The notes under the pieces: model-generated | What the model saw: only the letters and a program-made list of their open reading frames with translations | Databases searched by the model: none | Told to the model about the DNA's origin: nothing | Program-made: the position numbers and the translations under genes | Source of the DNA: Archaeoglobus fulgidus DSM 4304 | GTDB taxonomy: Archaea > Halobacteriota > Archaeoglobi > Archaeoglobales > Archaeoglobaceae | Assembly (NCBI RefSeq): GCF_000008665.1 | Contig: NC_000917.1 | Span: 660,001-692,000, forward strand | Reading direction: 5' to 3' | DNA length: 32,000 bases | Shown: positions 19,743 to 29,060 of the stretch, one piece after another | Numbering within the stretch: position 1 is the stretch's first letter | Layout: every line of letters begins with the position of its first letter

Positions 19743-22602
19743 CTCCCTCTCCCTTTCTTATTGTAACTTTGTCCCTATCGGACTGAATCAGAAGCTTGCA
19801 TTTCCCGTCAGCGGGCGTTGTGCCGGCAGGACACTGCGTGGTTTCTTGGCCAAGATAGTTGAGGGCGGTAAATTCAATGTAGGATTCGGTAGCTCCGTCA
19901 ATATTTATATCGTAGGTTCCCTCCGGCGCATCCTCTTTCACCTTCAGCTTCACAACAAGCTCAACAACCTCGTCTTTCTGTATTGACTGAAGGTCTATTT
20001 TTATTACTGTCTTGTCCGCTAAGTGCTCAACCTGTAGATTTACAGGGGTGCCCTTGTTGGACGTTGCATGTGCGCTGACGAACTCAAAAATACCACCCGT
20101 AGAAACGTTCACAGTCTCATGTATTGAGATGTTCTTTGCGGCTATCTGGAATATGTTGAAAATGGTCTTGTAGGCTTCAATAAGCTCCTCGCTGGTTGTA
20201 GCGAAGAAGTAGCACGCTTCGCCGTTGTCCGGACGGGGTGAGGCTATATCTCTAAGGAAAGCCTGCCCGTCACTGCCTATATCCGTCCCGAATCCGATTG
20301 TACAAATTGGTATATTGAAGCCATTAACCTTTATGTTTCTCTTTATATAATCTGCCACACATAATGCCTGTTGAGCACCATAATGCCCGTTATCCCTGAC
20401 ACATTTGTTTTTACAAGTGTTGTTGAAGTAGTCTTCATTTTTGTCGCATGTTGTTGTCTCACCGTCAGTCAGCAATATCATCAACGGGCGTGTGTTGTTT
20501 ATGCACTCTGTGCAGTTGTTCTGTGTTTCGTCAGGCCATATCGGAAATACTTTCACTCCCCAGTACAGGGCGTCGGCGTGGTCTGTCGCCAGTTTAGCGT
20601 ATAATCCCTCGATTTCATTGTTCACTCTGAGTTTATCCTTAGTCATATACTTGAGTGGTGTCTGATTAACTGAAATCCTCTCAGCATATGTTGTGAATGT
20701 TGCTAGACCTACGAAGTCACCCTCTCCAAGCATGTTATTGAAAGTTATTGCTGCCAATTTTGCGGCATCCATTCTTTTCATAACAACTTTTGGTTCTATG
20801 ACAATACTTTCTTTTGTCAATGGAACAATTATGATTTTATAAGTTCCCGGAGTGGGGTTTGGTACAAAAAAGTCCGAATAAAAATCGTATCCATAATTGT
20901 TCCAAGCGTAATACCACCCATAATAGTTCCCATCATAATATCTCTTCAGAACATATGTTTTCTCGGATGGTCCCACCACCCATTGGTCAAGGAGGACATT
21001 TTCTCCGTCATAGGTGAAAGAATTGTAACCACATATTCTCTCAATATATCTCCAATATCTTACTCTATCGTCTACTGTGTAATACTCGATTGTATTCCAA
21101 TCGCTCCAATACGCGTTACTCCAATACGGCGTGTGGTCCAGTCCCGTAATTGCCAACCACTTATACTCAACCAATCCCGGCAGCTCAAAGCTGATTTCCT
21201 GATAGTTCTCATAGGGAACGGTTTGATTTAGAATCTCTTCTGTAGAATTAAATTTAACGAGGATCGTTAAATTTATTTGCTTGGGGGCTCTCGCTACAAC
21301 CTCAATTGTGTAGTTACCCGGACCGACAGTGTCGGAATAGTACTTGCCCAACTTTGCTCCTTCTGAGTACTCGTTACCACTTTCCACATTATTAACATAC
21401 AATCTAACAAAAGAGGCGTCATACCCTTCACCGTACCAAGGACAGTTGGCATAACATGCCTTACAGGCATCATCTGTGTACCATTCTGGAAGTCGGTCAG
21501 TCGTGTAAGCCCAAATTTCAAGTTTCCCAGAATCAGTAAGATTTATTGTTTTCCTTACAATTTTGGGAACAACAGTTACAGTATAGTTTTTGTATATTGT
21601 AGGGTCCATCATGCTCCCGGAAACATCAACCACATGCACAGTAGAGAGGTTAATTGCCTGATTTACAAACCCTCTGCCCTCCAACCTCAGATGAACTTCA
21701 AAAGTCTCTCCCGGAGAAACGTCTTTTGGCTCGACCCACTTGTCGTAAACCAAGTAAGGGTTTGACTGCGCCGGCTGCTCAGACACAAGCAGAGATTGAG
21801 TATAGGTTCCATTACATCTTAAATTTCCGTTTTCGGTGTATTCTGGCTCATCAATCCATGCAAAGATTTCTGCCTTGCATTCGTATTCATAAGTTCCAAC
21901 TTGGTTGCAGCCAGTAATGTCATCAACTTTAATATCAAAGCTGGCTGACTTTTCAGTTCCATGTATAACCGTTCCATTCCAGAGGGTGATATTCCAAGCC
22001 ACATTTTTTGTTATTTCGTCAGAGTTATCAAAGTACACGTCCACTTCGGTGCTGCCTCCCTTCTCAATACTGCTTGGCGAGAACTTAAACCGGGGTTTGA
22101 CTTCAAAAGGACACTCCTCCTCTCTCCCATAAACAATTTCAGGTTTCTCTTCTTCACCTTCCGCCTTTGTGCTTATAAACTCACCCTGGGCGTTTATTTC
22201 AAGCTTTTCTCCGTTTGGAAGGATGAACTTGTCCAATCCAAGCCCGCTCGCAGACTCAAATTCACCCGTGGTGCTTTTTACTCTCACAAAAACGTTGCTT
22301 CCTTCCTTTTCCAACTTAACGTTGTACTCATAGTCACCAACTTCAGGTAAAATGGACACCTTCGTTTTAATGTAGCCAGAGGGCGGCCTGAGCAAAATGT
22401 AGTCTGTGTAAAAGGCAGAAATCTGGGAAGCCACATCGGCAAACTGGTTTTCAACAACCCTTGAAACCTGAGCTTCAGTGAGTGTGTCGTGGATTGATAA
22501 GCCTAAGATTACAACAAACACTCCTAGAATAGCGGTGAGTAGCAAATACTCTAAAAGTAACGAAACTCCCCTTTCATCGGGCTCAACAATCACTTCCCGC
22601 AC
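19723..22602 (-). CDS. Large vWA-domain surface protein with pilin-like N-terminus (about 959 aa)
   Basis: EPDERG-VSLLLEYLLLTAILGVFVVILGLSI; vWA MIDAS STVHVVDVSGSMMDP; LMILLTDGETTTC; ICTIGFGTDIGSDGQAFLRDIA. GTG 22602 has GGAGGTGG 6 nt upstream. Confidence 0.9.
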   Translation of the reverse strand: MREVIVEPDERGVSLLLEYLLLTAILGVFVVILGLSIHDTLTEAQVSRVVENQFADVASQISAFYTDYILLRPPSGYIKTKVSILPEVGDYEYNVKLEKEGSNVFVRVKSTTGEFESASGLGLDKFILPNGEKLEINAQGEFISTKAEGEEEKPEIVYGREEECPFEVKPRFKFSPSSIEKGGSTEVDVYFDNSDEITKNVAWNITLWNGTVIHGTEKSASFDIKVDDITGCNQVGTYEYECKAEIFAWIDEPEYTENGNLRCNGTYTQSLLVSEQPAQSNPYLVYDKWVEPKDVSPGETFEVHLRLEGRGFVNQAINLSTVHVVDVSGSMMDPTIYKNYTVTVVPKIVRKTINLTDSGKLEIWAYTTDRLPEWYTDDACKACYANCPWYGEGYDASFVRLYVNNVESGNEYSEGAKLGKYYSDTVGPGNYTIEVVARAPKQINLTILVKFNSTEEILNQTVPYENYQEISFELPGLVEYKWLAITGLDHTPYWSNAYWSDWNTIEYYTVDDRVRYWRYIERICGYNSFTYDGENVLLDQWVVGPSEKTYVLKRYYDGNYYGWYYAWNNYGYDFYSDFFVPNPTPGTYKIIIVPLTKESIVIEPKVVMKRMDAAKLAAITFNNMLGEGDFVGLATFTTYAERISVNQTPLKYMTKDKLRVNNEIEGLYAKLATDHADALYWGVKVFPIWPDETQNNCTECINNTRPLMILLTDGETTTCDKNEDYFNNTCKNKCVRDNGHYGAQQALCVADYIKRNIKVNGFNIPICTIGFGTDIGSDGQAFLRDIASPRPDNGEACYFFATTSEELIEAYKTIFNIFQIAAKNISIHETVNVSTGGIFEFVSAHATSNKGTPVNLQVEHLADKTVIKIDLQSIQKDEVVELVVKLKVKEDAPEGTYDINIDGATESYIEFTALNYLGQETTQCPAGTTPADGKCKLLIQSDRDKVTIRKGEGGAISLE

Positions 22603-22900
22603 AATAATCCACCTCCACGTTCTTAAACTCAACCTTATCTACCCCAACATAACAAACCCATCCATTTTTGGCGCATAGCGTCTGTATTTGCGAATTGACC
22701 TCACTGTCCCCTCCAAAGTTCTTCTGGATTTCCTCCAGATTCCTGATTTCCTCTTTAGGGAAGGCGAGCATGGCCCTTGAGCTTTCCACACCCGCAATAA
22801 TGTTCTGGGCGTAAACATAGGACAGAGTTAGAACGACAATCACAACTACGAATGCAAAGAGGAGTATCATCTGCCCCTTCTCATCCATTATGTTCTCCAT
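22583..22900 (-). CDS. Small prepilin-like protein (about 101-105 aa)
   Basis: MDEKG-QMILLFAFVVVIVVLTLSYVYAQNI; overlaps both neighbours in an operon-like arrangement. Confidence 0.8.
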   Translation of the reverse strand: MENIMDEKGQMILLFAFVVVIVVLTLSYVYAQNIIAGVESSRAMLAFPKEEIRNLEEIQKNFGGDSEVNSQIQTLCAKNGWVCYVGVDKVEFKNVEVDYCAGSDC

Positions 22901-23376
22901 AGCGTTAACCTCACCTCCACAACTTTGGTTGTTGGCGTGGTTAAGTTAAAGCACTCTGAATTGTTTAAATCCTGGACAACAACAAACCTGCTCACCCTAA
23001 CAGCGTCGGGCGTGGGTGTTTTGTTAAATCCGTAAAGCGCATGGCTTTCAATTTTTGAGCCATTAACCCATATCAGCTCAACCTTCCCGAAGGCATTTAG
23101 ACTATCGAGAATTTTTGACAGGTTCGCATTAAATTCGTCAGGGGCTTTGAAGCCGGATGAGCAGTTCACAATTGCCCCCTTTAAGGATGAGTTGCCACCA
23201 TCTGAGTCAAAAACTCTTAGGATGTCATATCCAAGCTGCTTTAGCTGAACGTTAGCGTAATCGCTCCAGGAGGGGGCGATGACAACGGTGCTCTGGAAGA
23301 TGGTGTAAACTGCGAGGAGAATGAGCAGTGAAGCAGCAACCCCTTCGAGCGTGAAGGTTTGCCCCCTCAAATCCAT
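22888..23376 (-). CDS. Prepilin-like protein
   Basis: MDLRG-QTFTLEGVAASLLILLAVYTIF; ATG 23376 preceded by GGAGGTGG. The track ORF begins upstream at 23403. Confidence 0.8.
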   Translation of the reverse strand: MDLRGQTFTLEGVAASLLILLAVYTIFQSTVVIAPSWSDYANVQLKQLGYDILRVFDSDGGNSSLKGAIVNCSSGFKAPDEFNANLSKILDSLNAFGKVELIWVNGSKIESHALYGFNKTPTPDAVRVSRFVVVQDLNNSECFNLTTPTTKVVEVRLTLWRT

Positions 23377-23939
23377 ACCGCCACCTCCAATTTGCAAACA
23401 CACCTTTCCGCGATGCTTTCACAGGGTATTGCGGTGCAGTTGTCAACGTAAACCAGCCTGTCAAACTTGATGATGTTGCCCATTTCAGGCAAATTATCCC
23501 CACCGCTTACGATTTCTGTGTCATTGAGGTACTTCAGGCTGAAGTAGAACTTATACTTAAAATTCGTAGAATTCAGTCCCAAGTAATTCCTCACAGTGTC
23601 CCTGCAGGCCGAGTTGCTTAAAAGCTCTTGTAGCTTGAATATTTTGGATGTATTGAGGTAATTGTATTCTGTTCCGTTGTTTTCGTCAAATATTGCCAAT
23701 CCGGGTCGAAATTCTTTGCTAATACAGTTGGAGGTGTCAACCGCAGTGCACCAGTCATCTGGATACCCCGGATCCTCCACAAGCAAAGCAGCAACACGAT
23801 ACGCATGACTTCCGAGGGCAATCTCATGCCTTACGTCGGCAAAAATCCCCGGCAGAAAGTTGGCTACGAATAAGAAGGTGGTGAGAAATATTGAAAGTCC
23901 TAGCAACAGGTCTAAGCTCAGTTTAGCTTGGTTGTCCAT
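23367..23939 (-). CDS. Prepilin-like protein, promoter-proximal gene of the six-gene block
   Basis: MDNQA-KLSLDLLLGLSIFLTTFLFVANFL; Cys-containing extracytoplasmic domain; ATG 23939. Confidence 0.8.
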   Translation of the reverse strand: MDNQAKLSLDLLLGLSIFLTTFLFVANFLPGIFADVRHEIALGSHAYRVAALLVEDPGYPDDWCTAVDTSNCISKEFRPGLAIFDENNGTEYNYLNTSKIFKLQELLSNSACRDTVRNYLGLNSTNFKYKFYFSLKYLNDTEIVSGGDNLPEMGNIIKFDRLVYVDNCTAIPCESIAERCVCKLEVAVWI

Positions 23940-23960
23940 ATCATAAAAAATAGGATGTTA

Positions 23961-23974
23961 ATCCATTTAAATCT
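23961..23974 (-). promoter_or_regulatory. Candidate archaeal TATA box for the 23939-18040 block
   Basis: Minus strand GATTTAAATGG, with TTTAAAT at 23966-23972, about 27-33 nt upstream of the ATG at 23939. Confidence 0.5.
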
Positions 23975-24009
23975 TGTGATTACCATCATCACATATCAGT
24001 GTTACCAAA

Positions 24010-24020
24010 ACTTTTAAAAC
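24010..24020 (+). promoter_or_regulatory. Candidate TATA box for the rpl7ae operon
   Basis: ACTTTTAAAAC, positioned to start transcription near 24038-24046. Confidence 0.5.
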
Positions 24021-24077
24021 TGCACGGGGAATTAGGGAAGAGCCGATGAATGATGATTTGATGAAGGAGGTGATGAC

Positions 24078-24437
24078 ATGTACGTGAGATTTGAGGTTCC
24101 TGAGGACATGCAGAACGAAGCTCTGAGTCTGCTGGAGAAGGTTAGGGAGAGCGGTAAGGTAAAGAAAGGTACCAACGAGACGACAAAGGCTGTGGAGAGG
24201 GGACTGGCAAAGCTCGTTTACATCGCAGAGGATGTTGACCCGCCTGAGATCGTTGCTCATCTGCCCCTCCTCTGCGAGGAGAAGAATGTGCCGTACATTT
24301 ACGTTAAAAGCAAGAACGACCTTGGAAGGGCTGTGGGCATTGAGGTGCCATGCGCTTCGGCAGCGATAATCAACGAGGGAGAGCTGAGAAAGGAGCTTGG
24401 AAGCCTTGTGGAGAAGATTAAAGGCCTTCAGAAGTAA
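24078..24437 (+). CDS. rpl7ae: Ribosomal protein L7Ae (kink-turn binding protein)
   Basis: [76 protein letters not shown]; GGAGG 5' of the ATG. Confidence 0.97.
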   Translation: MYVRFEVPEDMQNEALSLLEKVRESGKVKKGTNETTKAVERGLAKLVYIAEDVDPPEIVAHLPLLCEEKNVPYIYVKSKNDLGRAVGIEVPCASAAIINEGELRKELGSLVEKIKGLQK

Positions 24438-24450
24438 ATAAGGTGATAAT

Positions 24451-24666
24451 ATGGCTGACGAGGAGGATATTCAGCCTGCTGAGGTTGTTGAGCTTGTCGG
24501 CAGGACAGGAATGCACGGAGAGGTTACTCAGGTGAAGGTCAGGGTGCTTGCTGGAGAGAACAAGGGAAGAGTCATAACCAGAAACGTCTTCGGGCCGGTC
24601 AAGGTTGGAGACATCATTATGATTAAGGAGACGGCAAGAGAGGCAAGGAAGCTTGCTGTGAGGTGA
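24451..24666 (+). CDS. rps28e: Ribosomal protein S28e
   Basis: [59 protein letters not shown]. Confidence 0.96.
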   Translation: MADEEDIQPAEVVELVGRTGMHGEVTQVKVRVLAGENKGRVITRNVFGPVKVGDIIMIKETAREARKLAVR

Positions 24667-24670
24667 AGAG

Positions 24671-24847
24671 ATGGAGAAGAGAGTTTGCTCCTTCTGCGGA
24701 TACGACATAGAGCCGGGGACAGGCAAGATGTACGTCAGGAGGGACGGAAGGGTCTTTTACTTCTGCTCCGGCAAGTGCGAGAAGAACATGCTCAAGCTGA
24801 AGAGGAAGCCGAGAAAGCTGAAGTGGACCAAGCACTACTCAAGGTGA
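24671..24847 (+). CDS. rpl24e: Ribosomal protein L24e (58 aa, below the ORF-track cutoff)
   Basis: Hand translation [58 protein letters not shown] with C-x2-C...C-x3-C zinc motif. Confidence 0.95.
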   Translation: MEKRVCSFCGYDIEPGTGKMYVRRDGRVFYFCSGKCEKNMLKLKRKPRKLKWTKHYSR

Positions 24848-24851
24848 TTCC

Positions 24852-25307
24852 ATGGAAAGGACCTTCGTTATGGTAAAGCCTGACGGGGTACAGAGGGGTC
24901 TCGTCGGAGAGGTCATCGGCAGGCTTGAGAGGAAGGGGCTGAAGATTGTTGCAATGAAAATGCTCTGGATTGCAAGGGAGATGGCAGAGAACCACTACGC
25001 GGAGCACAGGGAGAAGCCCTTCTTCTCCGCTCTTGTTGACTACATCACCAGCGGGCCTGTTGTGGCGATGGTTGTTGAGGGCAAAAACGCCATCAAGGTT
25101 GTCAGAACGCTGGTTGGAGCAACCAACCCAGCTGAGGCAGCACCGGGAACCATCAGAGGAGATTTTGGACTTGATGTGGGCAGGAACGTTGTTCATGCGT
25201 CCGACTCTCCTCAGTCCGCAGAGAGGGAAATTTCGCTTTTCTTCAGCGATGATGAAATTGTGAACTGGGAGAAGGCTGACGAAGACTGGATTTACGAGGA
25301 GAGATGA
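24852..25307 (+). CDS. ndk: Nucleoside diphosphate kinase
   Basis: [36 protein letters not shown]; [21 protein letters not shown] (active-site His). Confidence 0.97.
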   Translation: MERTFVMVKPDGVQRGLVGEVIGRLERKGLKIVAMKMLWIAREMAENHYAEHREKPFFSALVDYITSGPVVAMVVEGKNAIKVVRTLVGATNPAEAAPGTIRGDFGLDVGRNVVHASDSPQSAEREISLFFSDDEIVNWEKADEDWIYEER

Positions 25308-27091
25308 GCAAAAAGAAAGAAGAAGCAAAAGCTCTGAGAACTCCAATTGTTGCCGTGCTGGGCCACGTTGACCACGGCAAGACAACACTACTGGACAGAA
25401 TCAGAAAGTCGAAGGTTGTGGCAAAGGAGGCTGGGGGAATAACGCAGCACATCGGGGCTACTGAGGTTCCCCTAGATGTCATCAAGCAGATTTGCAAAGA
25501 CATCTGGAAGGTTGAGGTTAAGATTCCCGGTCTTCTTTTTATTGACACTCCCGGCCACAAGGCCTTCACCAACCTCAGAAGAAGGGGTGGAGCTCTGGCA
25601 GATCTCGCCATTCTGATTGTGGACATCAACGAGGGCTTTAAGCCGCAGACGGAGGAAGCTTTATCCATTCTCAGAACTTTCAAAACGCCCTTCGTTGTTG
25701 CCGCCAACAAGATTGACAGAATTCCCGGCTGGCAGAGCCACGAAGACACGCCCTTCATGAAGAGCTACGCGATGCAGGAGGACTTTGCGAAGCAGAACCT
25801 TGAGAACAGGCTCTACAACCTCATTGCAGAGCTTTACCAGCGTGGCTTCTCTGCTGAGCGTTTTGACAGGATATCTGACTTCACGAGAACTGTCGCAGTG
25901 GTGCCAATCTCAGCCCTAAAGGGAGAGGGGATTCCGGAGCTTCTCCTCATTCTTGTTGGCCTTGCCCAGAGGTACCTTGAGAAGAACCTGAGGCTCCACA
26001 TCGAGGGTAAGGGGAGAGGAACTGTCTTGGAGGTTAAAGAGGAGCGCGGTTTAGGGGTTACCTGCGATGCAATCCTCTACGACGGAACGCTCAAAGTTGG
26101 GGACAGGATTGCCATTGCAGGAAAGGATGAGGTAATCGTCACAAACGTTAAGGCGATTCTGAAGCCCCCTCCAGTTAGAGAAATGAGGGTTGAGAGCAAA
26201 TTCCAGAGCGTGAAGAGCGTTACCGCTGCAGCCGGTATAAAGATTGTTGCCCCAAACCTCGAAAACGTGCTTGCGGGAAGCGAGTTCGAGGTTGTTGAGA
26301 GCGAGGAGGACATAAAGAAGTTCGAGGAGAGGGTCAGGAAAGAGTACGAGGAGATTGCCATTAGAACTGATGAGGAGGGGGTTGTGCTCAAAACCGACAC
26401 TCTCGGCTCTCTCGAGGCATTAATCAACGAGCTGAGGCAGGAGGGCATCCCCATAAAGAAGGCAGAAGTGGGGGATGTTGATAAGAGGGACGTTGTCGAT
26501 GCCTCCGCCAACAAGGATGAGCTTAACAAGGTCGTTCTCGCCTTCAACGTCAAGCTTCTTCCCGGAGTTGAGGAGGAGGCGAAGAAGTACGGTGTCAGGA
26601 TTTTCTCCCACGAAATCATCTACACTCTCATCGAAAGCTTTGTCAAGTGGAGAGAGGAGGAGAGGCTGGCGAGGGAGAGGCAGAAGGTTGAGGCTTTAAT
26701 CAAGCCCGGCAAGATCAAGCTTCTGAAGGAGTTTATTTTCAGGAGGAGCAAGCCGGCAATTGTTGGAGTGAGAGTTCTTGCGGGTGAGCTGAGGAGGGGG
26801 GTTGACCTAATCAAGCCCGACGGCACGAAGGTTGGGGCAGTGAGGACAATGCAGAAGGAGGGCAAGAATGTTGCAATAGCCTCTGCCGGTGATGAGCTTG
26901 CCATCGCCATTGAGGATGTTACCATCGGCAGGCAGCTTGAGGGAGATGAGGAGCTTTACGTTGATGTCCCTGAAAGGCATGCGAAGGTTATAGAGCGCGA
27001 CCTTCTGGACTCGCTGGACGAGGAAACAAAGAGGGCCTTTAAGGAGTTTCTTGAGATTAAGAGAAAGGACAATCCCTTCTGGGGCAAGTGA
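25304..27091 (+). CDS. infB: Translation initiation factor aIF5B (IF2-like GTPase), no intein seen
   Basis: [19 protein letters not shown]; [13 protein letters not shown]; [18 protein letters not shown]; NKIDRIPGW. Confidence 0.97.
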   Translation: MSKKKEEAKALRTPIVAVLGHVDHGKTTLLDRIRKSKVVAKEAGGITQHIGATEVPLDVIKQICKDIWKVEVKIPGLLFIDTPGHKAFTNLRRRGGALADLAILIVDINEGFKPQTEEALSILRTFKTPFVVAANKIDRIPGWQSHEDTPFMKSYAMQEDFAKQNLENRLYNLIAELYQRGFSAERFDRISDFTRTVAVVPISALKGEGIPELLLILVGLAQRYLEKNLRLHIEGKGRGTVLEVKEERGLGVTCDAILYDGTLKVGDRIAIAGKDEVIVTNVKAILKPPPVREMRVESKFQSVKSVTAAAGIKIVAPNLENVLAGSEFEVVESEEDIKKFEERVRKEYEEIAIRTDEEGVVLKTDTLGSLEALINELRQEGIPIKKAEVGDVDKRDVVDASANKDELNKVVLAFNVKLLPGVEEEAKKYGVRIFSHEIIYTLIESFVKWREEERLARERQKVEALIKPGKIKLLKEFIFRRSKPAIVGVRVLAGELRRGVDLIKPDGTKVGAVRTMQKEGKNVAIASAGDELAIAIEDVTIGRQLEGDEELYVDVPERHAKVIERDLLDSLDEETKRAFKEFLEIKRKDNPFWGK

Positions 27092-27381
27092 TGAAGGCTT
27101 TGGTTTTCACCAGCAAATACTGCCCCTACTGCAGGGCCTTTGAGAAAGTTGTCGAGAGATTGATGGGGGAGCTTAACGGCACTGTGGAATTTGAAGTCGT
27201 GGACGTTGACGAGAAAAGGGAGCTTGCTGAGAAGTACGAGGTTTTGATGCTCCCCACCTTGGTTCTTGCAGATGGAGATGAGGTTTTGGGAGGCTTCATG
27301 GGCTTTGCCGACTACAAAACAGCCCGAGAAGCCATATTGGAGCAGATTTCAGCATTTCTTAAGCCTGATTACAAAAACTGA
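27091..27381 (+). CDS. Thioredoxin/glutaredoxin-like protein
   Basis: KALVFTSKYCPYCRAFEKVVERLM...VMLPTLVL-type cis-Pro motif (EVLMLPTLVLADGDEVLGGFMG). Track start GTG 27088 overlaps the infB stop. Confidence 0.88.
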   Translation: MKALVFTSKYCPYCRAFEKVVERLMGELNGTVEFEVVDVDEKRELAEKYEVLMLPTLVLADGDEVLGGFMGFADYKTAREAILEQISAFLKPDYKN

Positions 27382-28989
27382 GCCTTTTGGTTCGTTATCC
27401 TCAACCCAGATTTCTCCAGCATATCTCTCGACTATTTTTCTTGCGATGAAAAGCCCCAGTCCTGTCTGCGCAGCCTTCCCGTACTTGAACCCCTCCTCAA
27501 AAATTCTCTGTTTTATCTCATCCGGAATACCGATTCCAAAATCGGCAATCCTTATCTCACACCATTCCTTGCCTTCAGAAACTGTGATTTCCACTCTGTC
27601 CGTACCGCTGTGGATGAATGCGTTGTTCACGATGTTCTCTACCACAGACCTCAGACCCTCGTCGGCAAGAGCCCTGCCCTCTCCTTTAACCGAAACGTTC
27701 TCAAAGGACTTTGCAACCTCGGAAACCAGCTCTCCAACATCTATGCATCTCAACTCTCCAGACTTCACGGCATCCTCAAACGCCCTCATGTTCCGGACTA
27801 TGCTTACAGCTCTGTTAATTGACGTCAAAGCCTTGTTCAGGTAGTCCTTGTTGCTCTCCTCAATACCCATCTCAAGGAGGGCCATTGCCGAAGTCAGGGC
27901 GTTGAGAACGTCATGCCTTAGCGTCTTGTTTATCAGCTCGAGCATGGATGTCAGCTCTTCCAGCCTTTTTCTCTCCTCCTCAATTTCTGTGATGTCGATA
28001 ACGCTGCCGAGTGCCGCCCTCTCTCCTTCATAAGCGATAGAAGCCACGTTCTCGTAAACCCACCTGATTTTACCGTCTTTCCTCACTACTCTGTACTTGT
28101 AGGGCTCTGTCTCACGCCCTTTCAGCATCTCAATGGCTTTCCGCCTCACAAACTCCCTGTCTTCTTCAGCAACGATCTCAAGGCTTTTCATTCCAACAAG
28201 CTCCTCAGCAGAATAGCCCGTAATTCGCTCAAATGCTGGATTGACGAGCTTAAACTTACCCCCTACGAGTATGTAAAGCCCAGCAGGAGAGATGTTGAAT
28301 ATGCTCCTGAAAAGCTCCTCCCTTTCTGCAAGCCTTTGTTCTATCATTTTCTTGTCGGTTATGTCTATTGCGAAGGCCATGACGGACTTCTTCCCATCCC
28401 AATCAATCGCCCCTCCGGCAACGAGCACCCACCTTTCGCTTCCGTCTTTTCTGATGGTTTTGAGCTCGTAAACCGGCTTTTCTCCCTCAAGCCTCTTTTG
28501 CATCATAGCCCTTGCCAAGTCGTGGTAATCTGGATGAATCAAATCCCAGACCTTCCTATTCAGAAGTTCCTCTCTGGTGTAGCCGTGAATTTGGCAGAGA
28601 GCCTCATTCACGAAGAGAATTGTGCCCTGGTGATGCACGAGGATTCCTGCTGGTGAGAGCTCTGCAAGGGCTTTGAACTTCCTCTCCCTGTCCTCAAGCT
28701 CTTTTTCAAGCCTGATTCTCTCAGTGATGTCCCTCCCCACAACTATGGTCCTCCTGAATCCCTTAATGGCAACCATGCTGTAGTATCTGTCACCGACGGA
28801 GCAGGTGTCATCTTTACAAATCTCAGAGTAGATTTTTCCCCCCACATCCCCAAAAACTCTGCGGGCTGTCTCATTCTGGCTTACTATAACCCCCTCTTCG
28901 TTCATCGTTAGAATGATGTCAGGGGTGCGGTCGAGAAAGGTCACGACTTCTTGGAAGAGCAGCAACCTGTCCAGCAGCTTGCTCAGCAA
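27349..28989 (-). CDS. PAS-domain sensor histidine kinase (track start is TTG 28989; the coding sequence may extend upstream, see findings)
   Basis: Several PAS segments (DRTPDIILTMNEEG, LSPAGILVHHQGTILFVN, ISPAGLYILVGGKFKLVN); H-box LINKTLRHDVLNALTSA; HATPase EIRIADFGIGIPDEIKQRIFEEGFKYGKAAQTGLGLFIARKIVERYAGEIWVEDNEPKGSVFVI. Confidence 0.92.
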   Translation of the reverse strand: MLSKLLDRLLLFQEVVTFLDRTPDIILTMNEEGVIVSQNETARRVFGDVGGKIYSEICKDDTCSVGDRYYSMVAIKGFRRTIVVGRDITERIRLEKELEDRERKFKALAELSPAGILVHHQGTILFVNEALCQIHGYTREELLNRKVWDLIHPDYHDLARAMMQKRLEGEKPVYELKTIRKDGSERWVLVAGGAIDWDGKKSVMAFAIDITDKKMIEQRLAEREELFRSIFNISPAGLYILVGGKFKLVNPAFERITGYSAEELVGMKSLEIVAEEDREFVRRKAIEMLKGRETEPYKYRVVRKDGKIRWVYENVASIAYEGERAALGSVIDITEIEEERKRLEELTSMLELINKTLRHDVLNALTSAMALLEMGIEESNKDYLNKALTSINRAVSIVRNMRAFEDAVKSGELRCIDVGELVSEVAKSFENVSVKGEGRALADEGLRSVVENIVNNAFIHSGTDRVEITVSEGKEWCEIRIADFGIGIPDEIKQRIFEEGFKYGKAAQTGLGLFIARKIVERYAGEIWVEDNEPKGSVFVIRLKKC

Positions 28990-29060
28990 GGGAATCAGAA
29001 GCTTTATTACCTCATCATCCCCGCAGAGCCTTATCGTGGCATCTCCAGTTTTTACCTCAG

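Noticed and set aside
20371-22350. Several ORFs antisense to the vWA gene (20371-20604, 20983-21231, 21961-22350)
   Set aside because: The vWA frame is continuous with clear MIDAS and pilin features; the antisense ORFs look incidental.
25304-27091. Checked infB for an intein
   Set aside because: The GTPase motifs and domains run continuously without an insertion or HINT-like motifs.
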